Source of the DNA: Eledone cirrhosa
Lineage: Eukaryota
Reading direction: 5' to 3'
NCBI GenBank assembly: GCA_964016885.1
Contig: OZ024743.1
Coordinates: 362,142,001-362,206,000, forward strand
DNA length: 64,000 bases
The position numbers and the translations under genes are program-made. Positions 52,901-64,000 of the stretch are shown piece after piece (within the stretch, counting starts at the first letter, position 1; every line of letters begins with the position of its first letter). The notes beneath the pieces are model-generated. The model made no database searches, had not been told where the DNA came from, and was given only the letters and a program-made list of their open reading frames with translations.

Positions 52901-52936
52901 ACAGCAAGAACCCTCCGATACGTCCTGAATATCTGA
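49925..52936 (+). CDS. R4/Dong-like non-LTR retrotransposon polyprotein (RT + CCHC finger + restriction-like endonuclease), 5'-truncated but uninterrupted
   Basis: WKSPGPDG, YRPITCL, WIDYKKAFD, GIFQGDSLSP, FMDD, CRICGEREETVAHIVSEC, RHD, NRPD...D..CP and EK..Y.DL. The element spans 49919-53010 between (TAA)n tracts. Confidence 0.95.
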   Translation: MGNEGEEVLRTEEPPEADNDLNTEINNTWNRDTATEEMNADGLGQDSVDILNLVVDELNNDSGRPMNLRFVDRKKLKETTAKVNKVIPYLEARSLHQCNNILKATANTVRKLLGIKARGNNRQERAEPWWKKRLSGQIGEMRNDIGKLESLLNGTLKNIGTKNRLEIKYKTRSKKLNIIIEELKQRIVAKSAKIRRYENRVSQYKQNRMFDNNQKMLFGQLEGKERGNDLIPGAEQTKTFWRGIWEQDVRHNAQAGWIETVQREIGEQAQQQTDLSITVETLKGQAKKLTNWKSPGPDGVQGYWIKHLTSLHPKLTAMLNDCLVSGEVPEWLTKGTTVLIMKDRIKGNDVTNYRPITCLSVMWKLLTSIVSEEIYHHLHTNNLLPDEQKGCRKKSRGTKDQLLIDKMVMGNCRRRHTDLAMGWIDYKKAFDMVPHSWITKSLEIFRVADNIRQLLGRSMGSWETELTSTGVSLGSVKIKRGIFQGDSLSPLLFVLALMPLTIMLRKVRAGYKLGRGELTINHLLFMDDLKLFGKSEKELDVLVDTVRIFSSGICMQFGIGKCGIIVMKRGRLSRSNGIQIPTGEMIKEIDSEEGYKYLGVLEADGIKNKKMKELLRTEYIRRVRSVLKSHLNSRNAINAVNSRAVSIIRYSAGILRWNVAEQKEMDRKTRKLLTIYNMFHKRSDVDRLYLRRSEGGRGLISIEDCVQMEKNNLYKYVTYSKEPMLRTVLKEGTVGQGMSKEEITSRRKSSLKGKSLHSTFFEKTEFRDPQTWNWLRRGDLKKATEGMLMAAQEQALKTKWLKHHIYKEEASPLCRICGEREETVAHIVSECKHLAQTHYKGWRHDVMGRVIHWHLCKVNNLPHSEKWYEHRPEAVMENNQVKVLWDFRIQTDKKLEHNRPDLVVVDKEKRSCLIVDVACPFDTRVQEKEREKINRYQDLKWEVKRIWNCHEVKVIPIVIGALGTISKSFQGWLKKIGPFTLFGTLQKACLLGTARTLRYVLNI

Positions 52937-53040
52937 GGCTGCAGGTAGTGGCTTGATATTCAATCCAACGGACTTTCCAGTTAACCAACATCAATGACTG
53001 AGATTCAAGGAATAACAATAACAATAATAATAATAATAAT

Positions 53041-54484
53041 TTTCAGCAATGATATATGTATGCAATTTGGTATTAGTAAGTGTGGAGTCATTGTGATGAG
53101 GAGGGGTAAGTTGAGCAGAAGTAACGGAATCCAGATACCAACAGGTGAGATGATAAAGGAAAGTGACTCTGAGGAAGGATACAAGTATTTGGGCGTTCTG
53201 GAGGCTGATGACATCAAGAACAAAATAATGAAGGAATTGATAAGAACTGAATACCTTCGGAGAGTAAGGAGCGTATTAAAGTCACATCTGAACAGTAGGA
53301 ATGCCATAAGTCAGTAAATTCTCGAGCTGTGTCTATTATTAGGTACAGTGCGGGAATTCTGAGATGGAATGTTGCTGAACAAAAAGAAATGGATAGGAAG
53401 ACTAGGAAGCTATTGACTATCTACAATATGTTCCACAAGAGGAGTGATGTCGATAGACTCTACTTAAGGAGATCTGAAGGTGGAAGAGGTCTTATCAGCA
53501 TAGAGGACTGTGTTCAGATGGAGAAAAACAACCTACACAAATACGTGACTGATAGTAAGGAGCCAATGCTCAGAACTGTACTGAAGGAGGGGACAATAGG
53601 CCAGGGGATGTCCAAGGAGGAAATAACATCAAGGAGAAAGAGTAGCCTTCAGGAAAAATCCCTTCATAGTACCTTCTTTGAGAAAACTGAATTTAGAGAT
53701 CCACAGACATGGAACTGCTTGAAAAGAGGAGACCTTAAAAAGGCTACAGAAGGAATGTTAATGGCTGCGCAGGAGCAGGCCCTCAAAACGAAGTGGTTGA
53801 AACACCACATTTACAAAGAGGAGGCTAGCCCACTGTGCAGGATCTGTGGAGAGAGAGAGGAGACTGTGGCTCACATTGTATCCGAGTGTAAATACCTAGC
53901 CCCGACTCACTATAAGGGCTGGAGACATGATGTGATGGGCAGCGTGATCCACTGGCACCTATGCAAAGTAAACAATTTACCACATTCTGAGAAGTGGTAT
54001 GAGCATAAGCCAGAGGCGGTGATAGAAAACGATCAGGTGAAGGTGCTGTGGGATTTTAGGATACAGACGGACAAGAAACTGGAACACAATAGACCTGACC
54101 TGGTGGTTTTGGACAAAGAAAAAAGAACGTGCCTGATTGTGGATGTGGCCTGCCCATTCGACACGAGAGTGCAAGAGAAGGAGAGAGAGAAAATTAACCG
54201 ATACCAGGACTTAAAGTGGGAGGTAAAAAGGATTTGGAACTGCCATGAAGTCAAAGTGATCCCGATTGTCATAGGCGCACTAGGGACTATCTCAAAGAGT
54301 TTCCAGGGATGGTTAAAGAAAATTGGCCCCTTCACGCTTTTTGGAACGCTTCAAAAGGCATGCTTGCTGGGAACAGCAAGAACCCTCCGATACGTCCTTA
54401 ATATCTGAGGCTGCAAGTAGTGGCTTGATATTCATTTCAACAAACTTTCCAGTTAACTAACATCAATGACTGAGACTCAAAGAG
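53041..54484 (+). mobile_element. Dong-like family 1, 5'-truncated tandem copy
   Basis: ORFs 52994-53317 and 53329-54408 (one frameshift at ~53310); same 3' UTR and (TAA)n tail. Confidence 0.95.
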
Positions 54485-54495
54485 TAATAACGGTG

Positions 54496-54524
<29 letters not shown>

Positions 54525-54527
<3 letters not shown>

Positions 54528-54710
54528 TGTTTCTACTTTAGGCACAAGGCCAGAAATCACCCAGTGCATTACTGGTACTTTATTTTATCGACCCCGTAAG
54601 GATGAAAGATAAAGTCAACCTCGGCGGGATTTGAACTCAGATCGTAAAGGGACATAACTATGCTGGAAAGCATGGCGTCCGACCCTCTACCGATACTGCC
54701 AATCCACCGC
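54525..54710 (-). mobile_element. Main-family SINE, tail-to-tail with the Dong copy
   Basis: Reverse complement of the SINE consensus. Confidence 0.9.
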
Positions 54711-55749
54711 CTATATAATAATAATAATAATAATAAAAGACGCACATGGTGGATAGAAGGTCGTGAAATCGCTCCCGTAAGTTTTGATTTTTAACATATT
54801 TAAATCAATTGTGAAATAACAATTCTTAGTACAAATGATACATAAAACATCCGGCTTGAGTCCCAAAAAAATTCGGATCCATAATATATTGTTATATCGC
54901 TCAAATATTCAATTTTGTATTATACATTTTATATTCAAAAAAGAAAATGGTTATAAATGGAAGAAAACCCCCTCTGTCTACACTATATAGAACAGCCAAA
55001 TAACAGCAATTTTACCAACACCAGAAACTAGATACACCACCTACCCCCATCACCCCGCTGTGTACACTAAATATAACAGCCAGATAACGGCAATTTCACC
55101 ACCACCACCACCAATCCCAGCATCATAATAATAATTACTATTATTATTGTCTCAAGTTTTAACAAAATGTTTAATTCCAATATTAAGGGAATATGTCAAC
55201 ACATATATTAAACATACGCGACACAAACGCATAGATACTACAGATCAAACAAAACTACAGTCTATTCAACAAAACTCAGTAACGACAAAGCCACCACCGC
55301 CACTACTCCACCCATAATTGCTACCACTATCCCATCACCGCCGCCACCACTCCTTCATTGCTACCACCACTATTCCCCATTACCTTCTGTTAACTTAAGA
55401 AAGGGGAAGGTGGCGGTATCACTAGACAAGGGAGAGGCTAGCAAAAGATATAAATAGATTGACTTAGTGACCCGGCCACCGGCCAAATGTCAACAACTAT
55501 GGCACTGCTGGCTCCCCCCTTCCCCACCAACAATATAAAAAACCCCAGCACCACCACCGACATAGCCAACAACAATAACAGGCAACCTCAGCAAAAAGTA
55601 TATTATATTATTGTAATGCACTGGGTAATTGCTGGCCTTGTGCCTGAAGTGGAGACAATTATTAATAATTTCATTCTTAAGCCACGTAATGCTCACATTA
55701 AGGAACCACTCATGATAATAACAATTTAAAAAAACAACAAAAAACAAAA

Positions 55750-58700
55750 CCCCGTGACCAAGAAATACCGGGATGGCGGCCGGCGGGGAATAGCCGTGTC
55801 TCTAGGGGAGAACGACCCCTCTAGTCTTGGTTGACACTCGTTCTAGAAGGGGTAACACGAAATGATCCCCTTGGCGGATAAGGATAAAACGCGACAAAAT
55901 AAAGTAAATGTCTAATGATAAAATCTCATACCGGATCGGCCGTCACCCGGGTATAAAAGGGCCGCGTCCCTCAGAGAGGAACCAGACTGGGGTCGAAAAA
56001 TCAGCTAATGGTTTAATCCTTCCCATCACTTCGGAGCTGGAGACCTCCCATAACCGGAATACTCCTACTGTTGGCCCTCCATGCTCACCACCAAGAAATC
56101 CAAAGAAAAAGAGAGAAAAATGGTCAAGGGAAGATAATAAAGAAGTCCTTGAGGCTTTCTACACTGCCATGTACTACCCATCAAATACATCGAATACAGA
56201 ACAGACATATATCAACTGGAAAAAGAAACATCCCGAAAACAGAGGCTATATTGACAGTAACAAACTAGCCGATATACGAAGAAATATTGTAAAAAAAAAG
56301 TTACTAACTGATATAGAAATTGATCAGATCAAGCTATTAGCACAAAGTCAGCGAAGGGAAAATGAAACATGTGTCAGTGAAAACGAGGTAAATTGTAATA
56401 ATTCGAATCCCAGGGTTGGCGCGGAATCACTGACAACAGAACAAATTAAAGAAAGGATCGAAAAGGTGGAGGGAGTGCATGCTCAAGATGAAACTCCAAA
56501 TGAAAACAATGAGATCGTAAATGATAAAGAAATGAATGAGAATGAACTTGCCAACTTGAAGGATGAAATTATGATCGAATGGATGAAAATGAAAGAATCT
56601 GACATGGGGGAACGAGACACCCTCCCTAAGATCCAGAACTCCAAACAGAACCAAAAGATAATACACAAGACTAACATAATTATCAAAAACATTATCATCA
56701 CAAACAAACTAAACATTACTGATTTAAATCATCTCTATTATGCATCGGCTAAAGTCACCACTCACTTATGTGGAGTGAAGATGAAAAAACAAAGGAATTC
56801 CCACAAGAAATCTACTTGGCAAGAGAACATCAATCGCCAAATAAACCTTCTCCGATCTGACATAGAAATTTTAAAAAACTATAAAGTAGGTGAACATGTT
56901 AAACAAACTAAACTTAGAAAATTTAAAAGAAAGTACAGTATAAAACCAACAAGTGACATAGGCATGCTGATAGAAATAATCAAGCAAAAAGTGTCGGCCA
57001 AAGCTGCTCGTATAAGGCGCTTTGAAAAACGATCTACATTCTATAAGGACAATATGTTCAAAACCAACCAAAGAAACTTCTACAGAAAAATTGGTAAGTC
57101 AACAATAACTGCTATATCAATACCACCCAAGGAGGAAGTGCAAGAATTCTGGGAAAAGATCTGGGCCGAAGAAAAAGTTCATAATATACATGCCCCATGG
57201 ATAGACAGACAAATGAAAGATACAGCTCACCTTCAGGAACAAATATGGGAAAATATAACAGTTGAACAGTTGCGTTTGGCTCTAAGAAAAACCAGCAAAT
57301 GGAAATCCCCAGGTAAAGACAAAATACAACATTTTTGGATAAATGCCTTCACAGAGTCTCATGAACTGTTAGCCCAACTTTACAATGAAATAGTTAAGGA
57401 GCCAGAAAAGATACCATCATGGCTAGTTAACGGCATTACATTCCTGCTTCCGAAGAATGATGAGACAAACAATCCCAAAAATTACAGACCGATAACTTGC
57501 TTGACCACAATGTATAAAATGTTAACATCAGTCCTAACTGAATATACATATGACCACCTGATAACAAATGACCTATTTCCCATTGAGCAGAAAGGGTGTA
57601 AACGAGGTTCATGTGGCTGTAAGGATCAGCTTTTGGTTAACAAAATGATACTGGAAGATTGTCATAATAGACACAAAAATCTATCAATTGCTTGGATAGA
57701 TTATAAAAAAGCATTCGATAGTTTGCCACACAGTTGGATTGAAAAATGTTTAGAGATTTTCAAAATATCGCCCGTTGTCAGGAGGTTTTGTCATTCAGTA
57801 TGAAGACATGGAACACGACACTCCTTTTGAATAGTGAAAAAAAATCACTGGAAGCTGGAGAAGTTAATATTAATTGTGGAATTTTTCAGGGTGACTCTTT
57901 ATCACCGCTTTTATTCTGCATCGCACTTATACTATTAAGTAAAATGCTCAATGAAACAAAACATGGATATAAAGTCTATGACAAAACCATTAATCACTTG
58001 TTCTACATGGATGACCTGAAACTATTTGCAAAAAAATTATGAACAATTGCAATTCCACTGTGGAGCAGTTCAGTGATGACATTAAAATGGAGTTTGGATT
58101 AGATAAATGCGCCAAAGCAACGTTCACCAGAGGAAAGCTGCTGAAAAGTTCAGACATTAATCTTGATCGAGGGAATGTGATAAGAGAACTTGATCAAGAG
58201 GAAACTTACAAATATCTAGGTGTTTGTGAAAGAGACGCAATCAAGCACTCGACAATGAGGGAAAGGATAAGGAAGGAATGTTACCGCAGAGTAAGAGCAA
58301 TCTTAAGAACGGAATTGAATGCAAGGAATAGGATCGATGCTATAAACACGCTTGCCATACTAGTAGTAACCTACAGTTACAATGTCATCAACTGGTCAAG
58401 CACAGAGATCCGTAGGCTCGATACAAAAATTCGAAAATTCTTAACCATGCACAGAATGCATCACCCTAAGGCAGATACAGATAGAATATATCTCCCTAGG
58501 AAAGAAGGAGGACGTGGGTTAATCCAGTTAGACATTGCGTTGAAAACTGCAACAATTGGATTATCTACATATCTAAGGGAATCACATGATTGGATGATCA
58601 AACTCGTTTTGAAACACGAAAGCATCAAAAGATCATACTCCATTACAAAAGATGCACAAAGATACAGTAATGGACTACACATTTCAGAAGTCTCATTTAC

Positions 58701-59691
58701 TGCTGAAATGGAAAACACAGAAAAAGCAAAGCAGGTAAAAGTAACTGCAAAGAAAGAACTGCTACAAAAACTGGCTAAGAAATGGCAAGAAAAGCCTCTG
58801 TATGGAAAATACCCAGAACGAGCTAACAATCTTGATGTTGACAAAACTTTACCCCATCAGTGATTGGCATCCTCTGGACTGAAATCGGAGACTGAAGGAC
58901 TGATTATATCAGCACAAGATCAGTGTCTGCCAACAAAAAATTACCAACCCAACATAATAAAAAATGAATGCAGCCCATTATGCCGTGTATGTAAAAAACA
59001 ACCAGAGACCATTGACCATATAATTTCAATGTGCAGTCCTATAGCTCCAACCGAATACCCAAACAGGCATGACAGTGCTGCACAATACATACATTGGATA
59101 ATGTGTAAGCATTTTAACCTGTCCCATCAAAAGAATTGGTGGGAGTATCTACCACCTCCCATACTTGAAAAAGATCACATCTCAATCTTGTGGAACTTTA
59201 GCATCCAAACAGACCGAAAAATAGATGCAAATAGACCTGATATAATATTGAAGGACTTTAAAAAGAGGGTATGCCTGCTAATTGATACGCCCGCTCCAAT
59301 AGACAAGAATGTATCTATAAAAACATTTGAAAAATTGAGCAAGTATAAGGACCTGGAGATAGAAATTGGAAAAATGTGGAAATTGAGAACTAAAACAATA
59401 CCAGTGGTTGTAGGCGCTCTAGGAATGATACCTAAGGGGTCTAATGATTACTTATCGCAAATCCCAGGAAACCCGCGTATAGGAGAAATACAAAAGATAG
59501 TACTAATGGGAACTGCCCATATACTAAGGAAGATTCTGTCAATATAAGTACAACACAAGTCTAAACACTAAAGATGCATGTGTGAGTATGTATGTTCTTT
59601 CTTGAATATGGCGGACCTTGTTGTCTGTTGAGGTCGCTGGTTGTGACTTGGTGATAACTCGTATGAACATAAAGCAAGATAAATGCAACTG
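55750..59691 (+). mobile_element. Near full-length R4/Dong-like LINE family 2 (two frameshifts, one stop)
   Basis: ORF pieces 55908-57803, 57746-58042, 58039-58863 and 58864-59547 join into an N-terminal Myb-like region (KWSREDNKEVL), RT (FYMDD), CCHC and RLE (NRPD). GC-rich 5' UTR; (TAA)n(GAA)n tail. Confidence 0.9.
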
Positions 59692-59703
59692 TAATAATAA
59701 TAA

Positions 59704-59734
<31 letters not shown>

Positions 59735-59829
59735 AAGAAGAAGAAGAAGAAGAAGAAGAAGAAGAAGAAGAAGAAGAAGAAGAAGAAGAAGAAGAAGAAG
59801 AAGAAGAAGAAGAAGAAGAAAGATATACA

Positions 59830-60690
59830 CAAGATGTGTTAGTGTTCTACTCAGCCCTACAACATCAGAAATCTAACATACGATATCTGGAAGGAATCAA
59901 AATTATGAAAGAACGTACATAGATGTAATTAAATTCTCTATTGTCCGTAAGGTTATCAAGCGAAATAACAGGCTTACCAAGGCAGACTTGGATCAAATAA
60001 AATCAACGTTAAGAACACCACAAAGAGTAACCTCATTGCCAATGATAATGGAAATGTTGAAGCTCATAAGTTGTCTCCCGAAGAAGTCAACCAAAGACTA
60101 ATACTTGAATTCCAGAAAAGTAAACAGGAAATACAAAATAACAGGCATAAACAACATATCAGAAATAAAAGAAACATTGAAAATGATGAACCTAAGGAAT
60201 TACAGACCAATAACATGATTGTCTACATACTTATTTTCTAACATCAATAACCAATGACCTTGTTTGCTCATTTCTGCAAGAAAACAATATCTTACCAACA
60301 GAGCAAAAGGGGTGCAAGCGGGGATCATATTATTGTAACAAACAACTACAAATAAAGAAAGTTTTACTGGAAAACTACTCTTCAAAGAAAGGAAATCTCA
60401 GGACTGCCTGGATAGACTATCGAAAATCATTTGATAGCGTCCCTCATTTACAGATTCTCCAATATCTTCAAATTTACAAAAATCCCCAATAATTATAATT
60501 TTTTTCAAACAACATATATGTTCACGGAAGACAAAGGGATAACGATTCAGAAGAAATCTCGATACGAAGAGGAATATTCAAGCGTGATTCACTGGCACAC
60601 TCTCTTTTGTATATTTTTAATCCTTCTTTATCGTAAACTAAGTAATACCTATGACTACAAAATTCAAGAAAACTCTTACCACAAGAGCAA
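59830..60690 (+). pseudogene. Highly degenerate, internally deleted Dong-like fragment
   Basis: LPTEQKGCKRGSY.C and AWIDYRKSFDSVPH. Confidence 0.7.
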
Positions 60691-62175
60691 GTGACCTCTC
60701 CCTGTTCCCCTCCTCCAATTAACAGGCACATACACAGAGTAGGCCCTAACACGCAGGCCATGCTCATCCACCTTTCAGTAAACTGGCTGGAAGGTATCAC
60801 TTCCCTGTCCACTCTGAAAACCTTTGTAGGAACGTCTCCCTCTTTAGTCTTAGTGGGCGACTGGAAGAGTATCTTAGATACACGCTGGGACTGTGTAGAA
60901 ACTAGCGAGTAGGGAAGAATGGCATAAACGCCTTGCAAAACTGCTCAGACACTTCCAACTGGACATGGACAAACTGCATATCATATCATATCATATCATA
61001 TCTAGATAGGATCCATCTGCTGTCAACACCCGCTGCGTGGAGGATTAGGCATGCCGTTGCTAATGACGTGCAAATATGCGCTGGGGCTATGACATCTCCA
61101 CCTTTTCATTAACGGTGAACAGGTGAAATCGCCGTTCACCAGACGCATGTTCCCCTAGCTTGTATCCTTAACGGACCTTCAGTCATGGGTCAAGCGCAAA
61201 CATAGAGGGAGCGCTTGGAAACTGGAATGTTTTCAAGCGCTCACAGCCCTACGCCAATTGGGCAATATGATCGTTCTACAGAGGTTTAGTGGTGGATGAA
61301 AGCGACGACATTCTTGGGGAAAATATACATATCGACGAAAATCAACTCTTTTCGATTGAATTCTCGGTCCAGGGCCCATGGATAATTTCCAAAAATGGAT
61401 AATTTCTAGCCTGACAGTGCTGACGGTACTACCATACAAGTTCAAGATAAACTCTACAGGCATGGACATGCAATCAGCCGGGCCTGTCTGAGATGCGCGC
61501 AGCGCCACAAAACCGTCCTACACTCAATCGTCCAGTGTCCGAACATTGCTGACTTTTGGGTTCATGTAGAACCCACTGTCACGTGTGGGACAAATCCGGT
61601 TATCAACCAGGTACATTGTCCCACCACCTTCCTTTAGTCAAGAAGGGCAGTTTGTTTGAATCTATCTTGTGATCATGTCGAAGGTAGTTGTATGATGGAC
61701 ATGCTTGAAAGTGTTGAAGCCGAGCACTTTCCTCTTTGGAGAATCACTGATTAACAGGTTTCGCTTGAAGGGGAAAATCAGGGTGGAGAAGAAAGTGCTG
61801 CCTTCAAAGAAATGTGTTGAAATGTGGTTGACAGAGGCGAGCATGGCCCGAATGAAAGGGCCCGCTGTGAGTGTCAGCCTGTAGATTGGACAAGGCACTT
61901 ACCCTATTGAGAACCTCCTTTGTTTTCGTTTTGTTGTTATTTTCTTTTTTTAAACATTATTAAAATTTGTTTACACGCAAAACCCACACACACACGTTTT
62001 CGTCTTGTGCCGTCATAATGTTTTTCTTGATGTAAACCCTTTATGGTTAATAAAGAAATCATTATTATTATTATAACCTTTTTACACGGCCAAAACCCAC
62101 TTTGTATCGTCCTGTACCGTATGTAATGTTTTTCTTCATGTTAGCCCCTGTGGCCAATAAAAAACCCATTAATAT
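60690..62175 (+). mobile_element. L1/Tx1-like LINE remnants (short inverted 3' piece at ~60690-60810, APE fragment, C-terminal region, duplicated 3' tail)
   Basis: LVLVGDW, WTWTN, SYLDRI, GGLGMP and DKLYRHG..ACLRCAQ..TVLH..VQCP. The 3' end GTTAGCCCCTGTGGCCAATAA matches 46254-46280. Confidence 0.7.
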
Positions 62176-62206
62176 TATTATTATTATTATTATTATTGTT
62201 GTTATT

Positions 62207-63689
62207 CCTTGAATCTCAGTCATTGATGTTGGTTAACTGGAAAGTCCGTTGGATTGAATATCAAGCCACTACCTGCAGCCTCAGATATTCAGGACGTATC
62301 GGAGGGTTCTTGCTGTTCCAAGCAAGCATGCCTTTTGAAGCGTTCCAAAAAGCGTGAAGGGGCCGATTTTCTTTAACCATCCCTGGAAACCTTTGGAGAT
62401 AGTCCCCAGTGCGCCTATGACAATCGGGATCACTTTGACTTCATGGCAGTTCCAAATCCTTTTCACCTCCCACTTTAGGTCCTGGTATCGGTTAATTTTC
62501 TCCCTCTCCTTCTCTTGCACTCTCGTGTCGAACGGGCAGGCCACATCCACAATCAGGCACGATCTTTTTTCTTTGTCCACAACCACCAGGTCAGGTCTAT
62601 TGTGTTCCAGTTTTTTGTCCGTCTGTATCCTAAAATCCCACAGCACCTTCACCTGACTGTTCTCCATCACCGCCTCTGGCCTATGCTCATACCATTTCTC
62701 AGAATGTGGTAGATTGTTTACTTTGCACAGGTGCCAGTGGATCACCCTGCCCATCACATCGTGTCTCCAGCCCTTATAGTGGGTCTGGGCTAGGTGTTTA
62801 CACTCGGACAGAATGTGGGCCACAGTCTCCTCTCTCTCTCCACAGATCCTGCACAGTGGGCTAGCCTCCTCCTTGTAGATATGGTGCTTCAACCACTTCG
62901 TTTTGAGGGCCCGCTCCTGCGCAGCCATTAGCATTTCTTTAGTAGCCTTTTTGAGGTCTCCTCTTCTCAACCAGTTCCATGTCTGTGGATCTCTAAATTC
63001 AGTTTTCTCAAAGAAGGTACTATGAAGGGATTTTCCCTTAAGGCTGCTCTTCCTCCTTGATGTTATTTCCTCCTTGGATATCCCCTGGCCTACTGTCCCC
63101 TCCTTCAGTACAGCTCTGAGCATTGGCTCCTTACTATAGGTCACGTATTTGTATAGGTTGTTTTTCTCCATCTGAACACAGTCCTCTATGCTGATAAGAC
63201 CTCTTCCACCCTCAGATCTCCTTAGGTAGAGTCTATCGACATCACTCCTCTTGTGGAACATGTTGTAGATAGTCAATAGCTTCCTAGTCTTCCTATCCAT
63301 TTCTTTTCGTTCAGCAACATTCCATCTCAGAATTCCCGCACTGTACCTAATAATAGACACAGCTCGGGAATTTACTGCGCTTATGGCATTTCTGCTGTTC
63401 AGATGTGACTTCAATACGCTCCTTACTCTCCAAATGTATTCAGTTCTTAACAATTCCTTCATTTTTTTGTTCTTTATGCCATCAGCCTCCAGAACGCCCA
63501 AATACTTGTATCCTTCCTCAGAGTCAATTTCCTTTATCATCTCACCTGTTGGTATCTGGATCCCGTTACTTCTGCTCAACCTACCCCTCCTCATCACAAT
63601 GACTCCAGATTTACCAATACCAAACTGCATACATATATCACTGCTGAAAATACGGACAGTGTCAACAAGCACATCCAACTCCTTCTCGC

Positions 63690-63693
<4 letters not shown>
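62207..63693 (-). mobile_element. Dong-like family 1, 5'-truncated copy with open frame
   Basis: ORF 62281-63750 is nearly identical to the C-terminal half of 49925-52936. Confidence 0.95.
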
Positions 63694-63721
<28 letters not shown>

Positions 63722-63733
63722 GTTATTGTTATT

Positions 63734-64000
63734 CCTTGAATCTCAGTCATTGATGTTGGTTAACTGGAAAGTCCGTTGGATTGAATATCAAGCCACTACC
63801 TGCAGCCTCAGATATTCAGGACGTATCGGAGGGTTCTTGCCGTTCCAAGCAAGCATGCCTTTTGAAGCGTTCCAAAAAGCGTGAAGGGGCCGATTTTCTT
63901 TAACCATCCCTGGAAACCTTTGGAGATAGTCCCCAGTGCGCCTATGACAATCGGGATCACTTTGACTTCATGGCAGTTCCAAATCCTTTTCACCTTCCAC
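63734..64000 (-). mobile_element. Dong-like family 1, 3' end of another tandem copy (runs off window)
   Basis: Same ORF end and 3' UTR. Confidence 0.9.

Noticed and set aside
50209-54335. Antisense ORFs over the Dong elements
   Set aside because: Shadow ORFs of the + strand polyprotein.
61090-61245. Strong hairpins (GGTGAAC/GTTCACC; GAGCGCTTGGAAAC/GTTTTCAAGCGCTC)
   Set aside because: They lie within recognisable decayed LINE ORF2 coding sequence (between GGLGMP and the zinc finger), so they are probably incidental.

Overview
AT-rich, microsatellite-dense eukaryotic (metazoan) DNA. The SINE and LINE repertoire resembles cephalopod/octopus genomes, which is an inference. No confidently identifiable host gene is present, and almost all short ORFs in the track are translated (TA)n/(CA)n/(TAA)n repeats. 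The window is a retroelement graveyard. It holds many Penelope-like elements (PLEs; RT and/or GIY-YIG remnants) with 5'-inverted copies of their own 3' ends, including a ~3.5 kb inverted duplication. There are two R4/Dong-like RT + restriction-like-endonuclease LINE families inserted in (TAA)n, one with an uninterrupted 1003-aa frame. Also present are L1/Tx1-like and RTE-like LINE remnants, >15 tRNA-derived SINE copies, a non-autonomous Helitron and a decayed Tc1/mariner. Reading the non-coding DNA shows at least seven families of hammerhead ribozyme (HHR) motifs. These include ORF-less 420-478 bp tandem units (retrozyme-like) with a compensatory stem change between families, and HHRs with very long stem II insertions. 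The most unexplained feature is an ~850 bp, ~50% GC, CpG-rich, ORF-less island (about 36968-37814) built from contiguous hairpins and bounded by an imperfect 11-12 bp direct repeat. It looks like a large structured RNA of unknown identity. All structures were paired by eye; no folding or database search was run.
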